DNA of 64,000 nt from Gemmatimonadota bacterium (GCA_003246755.1 QKDC01000102.1:32804-96803), one strand, 5' to 3'; counted from the first letter of the stretch, positions 36,764-47,050 are shown. The notes: generated by a model from the letters alone, not told the origin. A program made the numbers and translations.

Positions 36764-39535
36764 GTGTCAGACACCATTGCGCGCCTGAATGCCGCCCTTG
36801 CCGACCGCTACCGCCTTGAAGAGAAAATCGGGGCCGGGGGGATGGCGACCGTCTACCTCGCGCATGACCTACGCCACAATCGCAAGGTGGCGCTCAAAGT
36901 CCTTCGGCCCGACCTGGCGGCCCTGATTGGTGCCGACCGCTTCCTCAAGGAGATCGAAACCACCGCCAACCTGCAGCACCCGCATATCCTCCCGCTCCAC
37001 GACTCCGGTGAGGCCAACGGTTTTCTCTATTACGTGATGCCATTCGTCGAAGGCGACACGCTGCGAGACAAGCTCACCCGGGAAAAGCAACTGAGTGTGG
37101 ACGAGGCGATCGACCTGATTCGCGGGGTCGCTGCGGCCCTCGACTACGCGCATCGCAATGGGGTGATTCACCGCGACGTCAAACCGGAGAATGTGCTGCT
37201 CCACGACGGTCAGGCCACGGTGGCCGACTTCGGGATCGCGTTGGCCGTGCGGCAGGCCGGCGGCACCCGACTCACCGAAACCGGACTCTCCATCGGCACG
37301 CCGTCCTACATGAGCCCGGAGCAGGCGATGGGCGATCGCGAACTCGACGCCCGGAGCGACATCTACTCACTCGGCGCCATGCTCTACGAAATGCTCGCTG
37401 GCGAGCCGCCGTTCGTCGGAGGGAACGCACAGGCCATCGTCGCGAAGATCCTGACCGAGGCACCACCGCTGGTGACCAAAGCGCGAGCGACGGTCCCGCC
37501 CCATGTTGCGGCGACGATCCAGAAAGCGCTGGCCAGGCTTCCCGCCGATCGTTTTTCCACCGCCGCCGACTTTACCGCCGCGCTGCTCAACCCGGGGTTT
37601 ACCACCGGAACGGTGACCAATCTCGACGGCCAGCCGAAGCGGTCGCTTTGGAACCCTTTTAGCCTGGCTGCAACGGCTGTGGCCATCGCCGCCATCGTGG
37701 TAGCGGGATGGGTGCTTCTTCGACCCATCGCCAAGCCGGTCACCCGGGTCGTGTTGGGGTTCGCCGCCGGACAACCGGTACCGGCCTACTACGGTGGACC
37801 CACCGACGACCGCCTCGCTCTCTCCCCCGATGGAACGCGACTCGTGTACCAGGTAGGTACAAACGGGGACCATTTTCTTGTCGTTCGTCACCTGGCCCAG
37901 TTGGAGGCACGGACCCTCCCCGGCACCGAGGACGGGGGGTACCCTGATATTTCCCCCGATGGCGAGCGCGTGGCCTTCTTGGATCGGGGAGGTGTGACAC
38001 CGCGTATCAAGGTCGTGTCGCTCGCCGGCGGTCCCGCCACGACGGTGGTCGAAGGGGATGTCGGCAGTCCTCCAGCCTGGAGTTCGAGGGGCGAGCTCTA
38101 TTTCCTCGACGGGAGCGGGTTCGTCGTCCGGAAGGTTTCCGCCGGAGGGGGCCCGGTTGAAGAAGTGGTGCGACTCACTCCTCCAGGCGATCTACCGGGG
38201 TCGAGAGCGGCGACCACCAACCCTACGCTTGGCCTGGGTACTGGCCAGACCTTTGGTGTCTCCACGGGGACAGGACGGTTCAATCACCCTCAGGTGCTTC
38301 CCACCGGCGGCCTGCTCTTGACGTGGGTGCCGAGGGACAATCGCGCGACCAATTTCGGCCTCTACGCCGCGGACCCGGCCACGGGAGCGACCCGCCTCCT
38401 CATGGGCGGGGCTGCCCAGGGACGCTACGCCTCCTCCGGCCATCTGGTCTACGTCACGATCAACGATCAGGACTTCTCGGGTACGCTGATGGCCGTGCGC
38501 TTCGATCTCCGGCAGATGGAGATTCGGGGTAGGCCGCTTGCCGTGACGGAGGGGCTCGACGTCCGGAACCGGGGGAATCTCGACCTCTCGATTTCCGACG
38601 ACGGGACGCTGATCTATTCGACACTGGGCGCCCCAGCCACGGAGGATTTCGTGTGGGTCTCCCGTGACGGTACGGTGGAAATGGTGGACCCAACCTGGAC
38701 CGGCTATCACGAGTTCGAGGGGCTTGCGCTCTCCCCCGACGGCACGCGGCTGGCGGTGGAATTGGCGCAGGATGGCCGGACTGATATCTGGATCAAGCAA
38801 CTCGATCGCGGGCCGCTCTCGCGGCTCACCTTCGACGGGTCGGACAACATCGATCCGTCATGGAGCACCGATGGGCGCTGGGTGAGCTTTCATTCGGTGC
38901 AAGACTCGACGCTCGGCATGTGGCGTCGGGCCGCAGATGGCAGCGGTCCCCCGGAACCGCTGTTCGACATCCAGGGGCCGACGGTCACGCGCTGGTCTCC
39001 CGACGGCGGTTGGCTCCTCGGAGTCCACTTCAGTCCCGAGGGGTCCGATGTGGTCGCGATGGAAATCGGAGTCGACAGCCAGCCTCGGCCCCTCGTGGCG
39101 GAACGGTTCAACGAAACCACACCTGCCCTTTCCCCCGATGGACGATGGCTCGCGTACGCGTCCGACGAGTCGGGGCGTCTCGAGATCTACGTCCGACCGT
39201 TCCCTGATGTCGGGTCCGGGCGGTGGCAAATTTCGACGGACGGTGGCGTGGAACCTCTCTGGGGTCCGAACGGCCGCGAACTGTTCTATCGCAGCAGCGA
39301 CGGGGACGTCGTGCAGGTTGTAGATCTTTCGCGCGGCCCCAACACGCCGATCCACATGACGCCCATCCGACCGGGTGTGACACTGGAACTGAATGATGGA
39401 GAGGTCCTCTACGCCATCTCCCCGGATGGCACACGACTGATGATGATCCAGCAGGCAGGGTCGGGCGACGCGACGGGAGACATCATCCTGGTTCGTAACT
39501 GGTTCGAAGAACTGAAGCGGCAGGTGCCCGAGTGA
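36764..39535 (+). CDS. Ser/Thr protein kinase with TM helix and periplasmic PD40/TolB-like beta-propeller
   Basis: Hanks motifs GAGGMATVYLA, VALKVL, HRDVKPEN, DFG, SPEQ. TM helix LAATAVAIAAIVVAGWVLL. Repeated SPDG(T/R/E) PD40 motifs. GTG 36764 is preferred over TTG 36707. Confidence 0.88.
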   Translation: MSDTIARLNAALADRYRLEEKIGAGGMATVYLAHDLRHNRKVALKVLRPDLAALIGADRFLKEIETTANLQHPHILPLHDSGEANGFLYYVMPFVEGDTLRDKLTREKQLSVDEAIDLIRGVAAALDYAHRNGVIHRDVKPENVLLHDGQATVADFGIALAVRQAGGTRLTETGLSIGTPSYMSPEQAMGDRELDARSDIYSLGAMLYEMLAGEPPFVGGNAQAIVAKILTEAPPLVTKARATVPPHVAATIQKALARLPADRFSTAADFTAALLNPGFTTGTVTNLDGQPKRSLWNPFSLAATAVAIAAIVVAGWVLLRPIAKPVTRVVLGFAAGQPVPAYYGGPTDDRLALSPDGTRLVYQVGTNGDHFLVVRHLAQLEARTLPGTEDGGYPDISPDGERVAFLDRGGVTPRIKVVSLAGGPATTVVEGDVGSPPAWSSRGELYFLDGSGFVVRKVSAGGGPVEEVVRLTPPGDLPGSRAATTNPTLGLGTGQTFGVSTGTGRFNHPQVLPTGGLLLTWVPRDNRATNFGLYAADPATGATRLLMGGAAQGRYASSGHLVYVTINDQDFSGTLMAVRFDLRQMEIRGRPLAVTEGLDVRNRGNLDLSISDDGTLIYSTLGAPATEDFVWVSRDGTVEMVDPTWTGYHEFEGLALSPDGTRLAVELAQDGRTDIWIKQLDRGPLSRLTFDGSDNIDPSWSTDGRWVSFHSVQDSTLGMWRRAADGSGPPEPLFDIQGPTVTRWSPDGGWLLGVHFSPEGSDVVAMEIGVDSQPRPLVAERFNETTPALSPDGRWLAYASDESGRLEIYVRPFPDVGSGRWQISTDGGVEPLWGPNGRELFYRSSDGDVVQVVDLSRGPNTPIHMTPIRPGVTLELNDGEVLYAISPDGTRLMMIQQAGSGDATGDIILVRNWFEELKRQVPE

Positions 39536-41136
39536 AGCGCGTTCCGCAACCAAACCGGCGAGGGAGACGGCTCGCGTTCCTGCTGTCCCTTTGTTTCGCA
39601 TCCCTGCTCCCGGCTCAACGTCCGGAGCCGGTCGATCTGCTTCTGCTGAATGGCCGGGTGTTGGACGGGGCGGGGAATCCTTGGGTCGTCCGGGACATCG
39701 GCGTCGCGGGCGACCGGATCGTCTTCGTGGGTCAGGCCGGGAGTGCGGGAGTGATTTCTCGGGATACCGTGGACGTCACCGGACTCCTGGTCACGCCGGG
39801 CTTCGTGGACGCCCACAGTCACGCCGAACTCGATCAACCCTACGGCCGCGATGCGCTCCCCTTCCTCTACCAGGGGATCACCACGGTGGTGCTCGGCGTG
39901 GACGGCGGCGGAACCAACGCGATCAGCGAGACCTTCGCGGGATACCTGGCAAACGGTATCGGCGTCAACGTCATCCATTTCGTGGGTCACGGGGCCGCCC
40001 GACGGGCCGTGATGGGCAGTGAGGCTCGCGCGCCCACGGCATCGGAACTCGATGCGATGAAGTCGTATATCAGGCGTGGCATGGAAGAAGGAGCGGTTGG
40101 TATCTCGACGGGTCTCTTCTACAGCCCTGGAACATTTGCCGCGACCGACGAAGTCGTCGAGGTCACCCGCGTCGCCGCAGAGTACGGTGGTATCTACGAC
40201 ACGCACGATCGCGATCTCGGCGCGGCCTACCCCGGAATCGGTTTCCTCAACTCGATGCGCGAAGCGATCGAGATCGGAGAACGGGCGGGGACGGCGGTCA
40301 TTTTCAGCCACCTGAGTCCCCAAGGAAAACAGAACTACGGACGCGCCAACGAAGCGGCGGCGCTGATCGATGCGGCACGCGCACGCGGCGTGAACGTGAT
40401 GGCCGCGCACCATCCCTACACGGCAACCCAAAGCAATCTTCGATCGTACACCGTACCCGATTGGGCAGCCGCAGGGGGAGATGGTGCAATGCTGGCGCGG
40501 TTCCAGGACTCCGAGACCGTCACGCGTCTCGACGACGAGACCATGCGGATGCTGGCGATTCGCGGCGGTGCCGAGAAGATCCTCTTTGCCGACCCCCGAC
40601 CCGCCCTCAACGGGAAAACCCTCGCCGAGGTCGCCACCGAGATGGGGCTCCCCGTGCCTGCCACGGTTCGCCGCATCCTCACCGAAGGGAATGCGGCGGT
40701 GATGAATCTCGACCTCTACGACACCGAGAACATCAAGTATCTGGCGCGGATGGAGTGGATGATGACCTGCACGGATGGTCGGACCCCTCCTCCCGGCGCC
40801 GACATCACCCACCCGCGACCGTTTGGGGCCTTCCCTCGCAAACTGCGGATGGTCGCCCTCGAGGACTCGGTCGTGAGCTTGCCGTTCGTGGTTCGTGGAA
40901 TGACCTCGCTGGCAACCACGTTCTTCGGAATCCCGGATCGCGGTATGGTGCGTCCAGGGCTCTATGCCGATCTCGCGATCTTCGATCTCTCGCGCGTTCG
41001 CGATCGGGCCACCTTCGAGGACCCCCATCAGTATGCCGAAGGTGCGGTGCACGTGCTGGTCAACGGCCGCTTCGCCATTCGAGATGGGAAAGCCACGCAC
41101 ACCCTAGCGGGTAAGCCCCTTCCTCGTGGCGGTTAA
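39532..41136 (+). CDS. N-acyl-D-amino-acid deacylase (D-aminoacylase) family amidohydrolase, secreted
   Basis: Signal peptide, then LLLNGRVLDGAGNPWVVRDIGVAGDRIVFVG..VTPGFVDAHSH, the metal-binding HxH of the D-aminoacylase family. The GTG start overlaps the kinase stop (GTGA). Confidence 0.82.
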   Translation: MKRVPQPNRRGRRLAFLLSLCFASLLPAQRPEPVDLLLLNGRVLDGAGNPWVVRDIGVAGDRIVFVGQAGSAGVISRDTVDVTGLLVTPGFVDAHSHAELDQPYGRDALPFLYQGITTVVLGVDGGGTNAISETFAGYLANGIGVNVIHFVGHGAARRAVMGSEARAPTASELDAMKSYIRRGMEEGAVGISTGLFYSPGTFAATDEVVEVTRVAAEYGGIYDTHDRDLGAAYPGIGFLNSMREAIEIGERAGTAVIFSHLSPQGKQNYGRANEAAALIDAARARGVNVMAAHHPYTATQSNLRSYTVPDWAAAGGDGAMLARFQDSETVTRLDDETMRMLAIRGGAEKILFADPRPALNGKTLAEVATEMGLPVPATVRRILTEGNAAVMNLDLYDTENIKYLARMEWMMTCTDGRTPPPGADITHPRPFGAFPRKLRMVALEDSVVSLPFVVRGMTSLATTFFGIPDRGMVRPGLYADLAIFDLSRVRDRATFEDPHQYAEGAVHVLVNGRFAIRDGKATHTLAGKPLPRGG

Positions 41137-41166
41137 TATCGCCCCCACCCGATTTGGCCCCATGAG

Positions 41167-44100
41167 ATGCGAAAGGTGAATGTCATGTTTCGACGGCGTT
41201 TGTGCACTGCAGTGGTTGGCCTAGTCGCTACAACTTCACTTCACGCCCAGACCCCCGCCCGCGCACCCCTCACGGGGACACCGGAGCTCGCGGCCATCGA
41301 GCAATTGAAGTGGCGCTCCATCGGACCCGCCAATCAGGCTGGCCGGATTCCGATGGTGGTGGGTATCCCGGGCAACCGCTCGATCTACTATGTGGGTTCG
41401 GCTGCGGGTGGGCTGTTCAAGACCACCAATGGTGGGGTCACCTTCGAAGCGCTCTTCGACGATCAGTCCAACGCCTCGATCGGCGACCTGGCCATCGCAC
41501 CCTCCGATCCGAACATCCTGTATCTCGGCACGGGGGAGGGGAACCCGCGCAATACGGCGAGTGTGGGTGACGGGGTGTACAAATCATTCGATGCCGGGAA
41601 GCACTGGAAGAAGATCGGTCTCGAAAACACGGAAAAGATTCCCCGGATCCGGATCGACCCCCGCAACCCGGACGTGGTTTTCGTCTGCGCACTCGGTAAG
41701 ACCTGGGGACCCAACGAGGAACGTGGGCTCTTCAAGACCACCGATGGCGGCATCACCTGGAAGAAGATGCTTTACCGCGACAACCTCACCGGATGCAGCG
41801 ATGTGGATATCGACCCCGGCAACGCCAACGTGGTGTGGGCCGGGATGTACACCCATCAGCGCTGGCCCTGGTACTTCACATCGGGTGGCGGAGAGACGGC
41901 GCTCTACAAGTCGGTGGATGGTGGCGAGACCTGGGCCCGCCTCTCCGGGAAAGGCAACGGGCGAGGGCTGCCGGAAGGGGACATGGACCGGATCGGGGTC
42001 TCGGTACATCGCGCCAACCCGGATGTCGTCTATGTGCTCTCCGAAACGAAAACCGAAGGCGAACTCTGGCGCACCGACGATGGTGGTGAGACATGGGCCA
42101 CGGTCAACCGTTCGCCCAACATCAACTTCCGACCTTTCTACTACTCCGACGTCCGTTCCGACCCGGTCAACCCCAACGTTGTCTACACGCTCTCCGGGTC
42201 TCTCAACAAGTCTGAGGATGGAGGCAAGACCTTCCAGACCATCCGACGCGACATCCACGGCGACCATCAAGCGATGTGGATCGACCCGACCGACCCGCAC
42301 TACATCCTCGAGGGCTCCGACGGCGGGTGGCAATTGAGCTACGACGCGGGGGACAACTGGGAAGTGGTAAAGTCGCACTCGTTTGCCCAGTTCTATCATC
42401 TCAACGTCGATATGGAGCGTCCCTACAACATCTGTGGCGGGTTGCAGGACAACGGTCACTGGTGCGGCCCCAGCCAAACCCTCTCCAATCAGGGTAACCG
42501 TCGAAACGATTGGGTGACTGTCAGCGGCGGCGACGGTTTCTTCGCCGTGCCCGACCTCGATCACCCGTTCATGGTCTACTCTGCCTCCCAAGGCGGCGGG
42601 ATTGTGATCACGGACCTGCGCACCGGCGATCAGCGATCCATCCATCCCTATCCTCGCCGGGTCGGGTCGGCCGGAGATTCCCTCGCAGAGCACAAGTACC
42701 GCTTCAATTGGAACGCGCCGATCGTCCTCGCGCCCCACGACCCACACACCGTCTACTTCGGTGGCAACGTGGTGTTCCGGACGCGGAACTACGGGCAGTC
42801 CTGGGACGTGATCTCGGGAGACCTCACCACCAACGACAAGAGCAAGCAACAGTCCTCTGGTGGGCCGATCGTCACCGACAACACAGCGGCGGAATTCCAC
42901 GCGACGATTCTTTCGATCGCGCCCTCGCCGGTGGATTCGATGGTCATCTGGGTCGGCACCGATGACGGCAATATTCAATTGAGCCGAGACGGAGGAACTA
43001 CCTGGCGCAACACCTCGCAGAACCTGCGGGGCATTGCACCTTTTGCCTGGATCTCGACGATCGATGCGTCGCCGCACGATGCGGGCACCGCGTTCGTCGC
43101 GGCATCGCATTGGCAGACCGGGGACTACACCCCGTATGCCTATGTCACCCGGGATTACGGACGGACCTGGTCCCTCATCTCCTCCAATCTCCCGCGGCGC
43201 GGCTGGGTACACGTCGTGCGACAGGACCCCCGGAACCCCGACCTGCTCTATGCCGGAACCGAGTTTGGGATTTACGCTTCCTGGGACGCCGGGGCACGCT
43301 GGCACGACCTTCGGAAAGGTCTTTCCGCGGCACCGGTACGGGATCTTCTCGTGCACCCAAGAGACAACGACCTGATCATCGCGACCCACGGCCGAGGGCT
43401 CTATGTCTTGGACGACATCGCCCCACTGCAGCAGCTCGGTCCGGCGATGTCCGATGCGGTCACGCTCTTCCAACCCCTGCCGGCGGTGCGGTATGTGATG
43501 TGGAGTCGGGACGGGAATCTGGGTCAGAAGACTTGGAGTGGCGAGAACCCGCCCTACGGAGCAGTGATCTCCTATGCGGTGCACGACACGACGCGCAACC
43601 TCCGGCTCACAATCATGGACGAAGCGGGCAATCCGATTCGGACCTTACGCGATAGCCTCGCCACGCCAGGAGTGCACCAGATCGTCTGGGATCTGCGCTA
43701 CGACGCCGATCCCCCTGGTGACAGACCTGCCGCCGTCGCGGGTAGCAGCGGTGGCGGGGGTGGCGGGGGCTTCTTCGGGTTCGGTGGCGGTGGACCGTCT
43801 GTTGTTCCCGGCGTGTACAGCGTCACCCTGTCGGCTGTGGGTCAGGAGGTCACCAAACCACTTACGGTCGAGCTCGACCCGCGGGCAGTGGTTTCGATGG
43901 ACGATCTCATTGCGCAACGTGATGCGGCACTCCAACTGCGTGAACTCCGGAGCAGGGTCAACCGGATCGTCTCGCAAACCGAAGGCCTGGTGCGGCAACT
44001 CACCGAGGTGGGTGGAAACCTGCGGCGCAATGCGGCCTCCGAACGAGAGGCGATCGCCGAAGCGAGGGCCGCCCTTACGGAGTTGACGGAGTTCAAGGAC

Positions 44101-44364
44101 ACCGATCTCGAGCGCCCGCTGCAGGGCCTCGGATATCGGCAGTACCCACGACTCAGCGAGGAGGTCCGGTCGCTGTACGGCCAGGTCACGCGGTCGCTGA
44201 GCCGTCCCACGGACGCCCAAGTGGGCCGGTACGGGGAATTGACGGCCGAGACCGAGGCGGCACAGGCGAAACTCAATGCGATCGTGAACGGACGCATTGC
44301 GAAGTTGAACGAGTTGCTGAAGGACTTGCCACACATCATCGTACCGGGAGGGCGGATTAGCTGA
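41167..44364 (+). CDS. BNR/Asp-box repeat (sortilin/VPS10-like) secreted protein
   Basis: 1065 aa with a signal peptide, many S/TxDxGxTW Asp-box repeats (TNGGVTF, TTDGGITW, SVDGGETW, TDDGGETW, SRDGGTTW), and a helical C-terminus. Confidence 0.8.
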   Translation: MRKVNVMFRRRLCTAVVGLVATTSLHAQTPARAPLTGTPELAAIEQLKWRSIGPANQAGRIPMVVGIPGNRSIYYVGSAAGGLFKTTNGGVTFEALFDDQSNASIGDLAIAPSDPNILYLGTGEGNPRNTASVGDGVYKSFDAGKHWKKIGLENTEKIPRIRIDPRNPDVVFVCALGKTWGPNEERGLFKTTDGGITWKKMLYRDNLTGCSDVDIDPGNANVVWAGMYTHQRWPWYFTSGGGETALYKSVDGGETWARLSGKGNGRGLPEGDMDRIGVSVHRANPDVVYVLSETKTEGELWRTDDGGETWATVNRSPNINFRPFYYSDVRSDPVNPNVVYTLSGSLNKSEDGGKTFQTIRRDIHGDHQAMWIDPTDPHYILEGSDGGWQLSYDAGDNWEVVKSHSFAQFYHLNVDMERPYNICGGLQDNGHWCGPSQTLSNQGNRRNDWVTVSGGDGFFAVPDLDHPFMVYSASQGGGIVITDLRTGDQRSIHPYPRRVGSAGDSLAEHKYRFNWNAPIVLAPHDPHTVYFGGNVVFRTRNYGQSWDVISGDLTTNDKSKQQSSGGPIVTDNTAAEFHATILSIAPSPVDSMVIWVGTDDGNIQLSRDGGTTWRNTSQNLRGIAPFAWISTIDASPHDAGTAFVAASHWQTGDYTPYAYVTRDYGRTWSLISSNLPRRGWVHVVRQDPRNPDLLYAGTEFGIYASWDAGARWHDLRKGLSAAPVRDLLVHPRDNDLIIATHGRGLYVLDDIAPLQQLGPAMSDAVTLFQPLPAVRYVMWSRDGNLGQKTWSGENPPYGAVISYAVHDTTRNLRLTIMDEAGNPIRTLRDSLATPGVHQIVWDLRYDADPPGDRPAAVAGSSGGGGGGGFFGFGGGGPSVVPGVYSVTLSAVGQEVTKPLTVELDPRAVVSMDDLIAQRDAALQLRELRSRVNRIVSQTEGLVRQLTEVGGNLRRNAASEREAIAEARAALTELTEFKDTDLERPLQGLGYRQYPRLSEEVRSLYGQVTRSLSRPTDAQVGRYGELTAETEAAQAKLNAIVNGRIAKLNELLKDLPHIIVPGGRIS

Positions 44365-45575
44365 TGAGTCAGAGGTTGTTGGGTGGGCGTGTCGCCCCGG
44401 TTCTCTTGTTCGGTGTCCTCGCGTCCATACCTCTCGCCGCGCAGTCCGCCGAGCGCACCGAGTCACCGGTTGCGGTGTCTGGGCAAGTGTTCGAAGATCG
44501 CAACGGCAACGGGGTTCGGGACGACGGCGAACCGGTCATGGCAGGGATTGCCGTGTCGGACCAGGTCCAGGTGGTGCGAACTGACACCCAGGGCAGATTC
44601 GCATTCGAGGCCGCGGGATATGGATTCGTATCCGTGGCCCAGCCCACAGGCTTCGTCGTGCGAGGCCCCTTCTGGCGGCGTGTCACGGCCGGCGAGGACA
44701 TGGCCTTTCCGCTGGTACGCATCGGCGAGTCGACCGCGTTCGATTTCCTTCACGCCTCGGACACCCACATCAGCGAGGCGTCGGTCGAACGCACAAGACG
44801 CCTTCGCACCCTTGCCGACTCGCTCAAACCAGCATTTGTACTGATCACCGGCGACCTCGTCCGCGATGCGCTTCGGGTCAATGAAGAGACCGCTCGGGGG
44901 CTCTACGAGATACTCGAACGCGAGATCGCGTTGTTCACCGTGCCGGTCTATACCGTCCCGGGCAATCACGAAATCTTCGGCATCGAGCGCGCGAGTTCAC
45001 TGGTAAGCTCCAAGCACCCCCTCTATGGCAAGCGGATGTACCGGCACTATCTCGGTCCCGACTACTACTCGTTCACCTGGGGTGGGGTGCACTTCGTGGG
45101 GCTCAACAGTGTGGACTACGATGACACCGCGTATCACGGCCACGTGGACGACCTCCAAATGAAGTGGCTCGAACGCGACCTCGCCACGATTGGCGACGAC
45201 ACACCCGTGGTCACCTTCAACCATATCCCGTTCGTGAGTACCGGCCCGGTGCTCTACGGCGTAGATGAAAACAGCGTGGCGCCCACCGTGATCGAGATCC
45301 GAGGCGTGCCCCACTTCCGACACACGGTCTACAACAAGGACCAAGTGCTCGATCTCATCGGCGACAGGCTGGCCATCGCACTCGGTGGCCATTTCCACCG
45401 TCTCGAGAGGGTGGAGTACGAAACGACACATGGGCGACGACGGATCTATCAGACGGCGGCGGTCGTGGGGCCTCCCACCGGAACCGGACCGCTCGGGAGT
45501 GTGTCGGGGGTGACCCTCTACCGGGTGCGGGATCGCATCGTCGACAACGGGACTTTCATCCGATTGGATCCTTAG
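44364..45575 (+). CDS. Metallophosphoesterase with N-terminal SdrD-B/Cna-B-like domain
   Basis: Signal peptide. VSGQVFEDRNGNGVRDDGE (SdrD-B-like). Calcineurin-like motifs HASDTHI, GDLV, GNHE. Confidence 0.8.
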   Translation: MSQRLLGGRVAPVLLFGVLASIPLAAQSAERTESPVAVSGQVFEDRNGNGVRDDGEPVMAGIAVSDQVQVVRTDTQGRFAFEAAGYGFVSVAQPTGFVVRGPFWRRVTAGEDMAFPLVRIGESTAFDFLHASDTHISEASVERTRRLRTLADSLKPAFVLITGDLVRDALRVNEETARGLYEILEREIALFTVPVYTVPGNHEIFGIERASSLVSSKHPLYGKRMYRHYLGPDYYSFTWGGVHFVGLNSVDYDDTAYHGHVDDLQMKWLERDLATIGDDTPVVTFNHIPFVSTGPVLYGVDENSVAPTVIEIRGVPHFRHTVYNKDQVLDLIGDRLAIALGGHFHRLERVEYETTHGRRRIYQTAAVVGPPTGTGPLGSVSGVTLYRVRDRIVDNGTFIRLDP

Positions 45576-47050
45576 TCCACCACGGATGGTGCGCCGGGGC
45601 GGTGTGCCGGTGCGTAGCGTTCGAGGTAGCGGTTTACCCGCACTTTGCGGGCTGTGTTCTTGGAACTCATGTACCGGACCTTCCCGAAGATTGGTCGCTC
45701 CGGACCCCATGGACGATCGTACCGCCCGAACGTCCAGAGAATGCCACTGTACGAGTTTGGGTCCTGGCCATCCAAGGCAAAGCGATCGTTCAGGGTAATC
45801 AAGACGTCGAGGGCGACTTCCGGAGACTCGGACCATTCGAGGACCTTCTTGGCCCACAGCATCCTGAGATAGTTGTGCAGTCTGCCCTCGGTACGCAGTT
45901 GAGTCTGTGCGGCGTTCCACAGGCGGTCGTGGGTGTGTCCTCCCGCGAGCTCCTCGAGGGTGTACAGGTGAGGACGAGGATCGTCGGCGTGGTCGGATAG
46001 CGTGTCACGCGCCCATGTGGGGAGGGAGGAGAAGTCCACATAGTCGTGGCGGTGCTGACACATGTTGTATCCCAGTTCCCGCCATGTCACCAGTTGGTCC
46101 ACGAAATCGGCCCCACCCTCCTGCATCCCCCAGCCAGAGCGGCTTCCACGATCTTCCGGCCGCAACTGGTCCGGGGCCCACTCCGCCCATTCCGCGACGC
46201 GCCAGAAGACGTCATGGGCGCCGATGTGCCCAGCACGCAGATAAGGAGAGAGCTCGCTCGTGGCATCCTCATCGGGGACATTCCGGTCCCGCGCATACCT
46301 CGACAGCCGCGATGTCAAGAAATGATCCAGCGCAATCGCTCCCGCTCGAGCGCCACCTCGCTGCGGGGCGACTCCCACTTCGTGGTCGATCGGCAGCGCG
46401 GTCAATGCGGTGGGTGTCGCGGCCAGGAGCTCCGGGGTGGCGGCGGGCCACCGTGCCGCGATCGCGGGAGGCACTTTACCGAGGGATGGGAGACCCAGGT
46501 CCGAGAGTGGTTCGACGAGCGGTGACTCCGCGAGGTGGTCGCCCAACTCCCGATGCAGGAGACGTCGAAAGGAATAGGCAGTGGGATAGGGTCGCTCCGG
46601 GACTCCGAGCGGAACGAGCCCATTGCTGTCCACCGCTTCGACTCGTGGGCGCATGCGAGGTTCCACATTTCCGTGCGGTCGACGGAGAAAGGCCGGCACG
46701 TCATCGGTCACCACGACCGCGGCGTGCTCGGCCAGGGCTGAGGGGAGGTCGACCCCCTCCCCGGGAGTGGGTTCCACGTAGGGGTAGTAGGTGACCTCCG
46801 TAGTGGCGAATCGGGCGGCGTTGTCGTGCATGCCCTGCAGCGTGAAGGCATGGAGGCGATCGCTGGCCCAGGGATAGGTGATCGGTAGTGTTTCCAGGAC
46901 CACCAGAGGCTTGCTGGTCGCGTGCGCCCAGTGGAGAGCTCGCTCCAAAGCGAAGTTGAATCGGCACCGCCGGGTCGCGTGCATCCAATAGAGCACAAAC
47001 TCGCCGTCACCTCGGACGGGGGTGTCGCGTACGAGTCGCACTCGGTTCAT
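45572..47050 (-). CDS. phr: Class II CPD deoxyribodipyrimidine photolyase
   Basis: ATG 47050 gives MNRVRLVRD..GEFVLYWM. The C-terminal segment GRLHNYLRMLWAKKVLEWS..LDGQDPNSYSGILWTFGRYDRPW..FGKVRYM is the class II photolyase signature. Confidence 0.88.
   Translation of the reverse strand: MNRVRLVRDTPVRGDGEFVLYWMHATRRCRFNFALERALHWAHATSKPLVVLETLPITYPWASDRLHAFTLQGMHDNAARFATTEVTYYPYVEPTPGEGVDLPSALAEHAAVVVTDDVPAFLRRPHGNVEPRMRPRVEAVDSNGLVPLGVPERPYPTAYSFRRLLHRELGDHLAESPLVEPLSDLGLPSLGKVPPAIAARWPAATPELLAATPTALTALPIDHEVGVAPQRGGARAGAIALDHFLTSRLSRYARDRNVPDEDATSELSPYLRAGHIGAHDVFWRVAEWAEWAPDQLRPEDRGSRSGWGMQEGGADFVDQLVTWRELGYNMCQHRHDYVDFSSLPTWARDTLSDHADDPRPHLYTLEELAGGHTHDRLWNAAQTQLRTEGRLHNYLRMLWAKKVLEWSESPEVALDVLITLNDRFALDGQDPNSYSGILWTFGRYDRPWGPERPIFGKVRYMSSKNTARKVRVNRYLERYAPAHRPGAPSVVD

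Noticed and set aside
39409-41100. 563-aa ORF antisense to the D-aminoacylase gene
   Set aside because: Same GC-bias artefact. The forward-strand product has clear amidohydrolase motifs and this ORF has no recognisable features.
41584-43584. 666-aa ORF antisense to the BNR-repeat protein gene
   Set aside because: The forward strand shows repeated Asp-box motifs and a signal peptide. The antisense product is Arg/Gly/Pro/His-rich with no motifs.
43736-43800. G-rich tandem repetition (GGTGGCGGGGGTGGCGGGGGC..), checked as a possible repeat array or G-quadruplex element
   Set aside because: It lies in-frame inside the BNR protein and encodes a Gly/Phe linker (SSGGGGGGFFGFGGGG). It has no spacer-repeat structure and is not a CRISPR.
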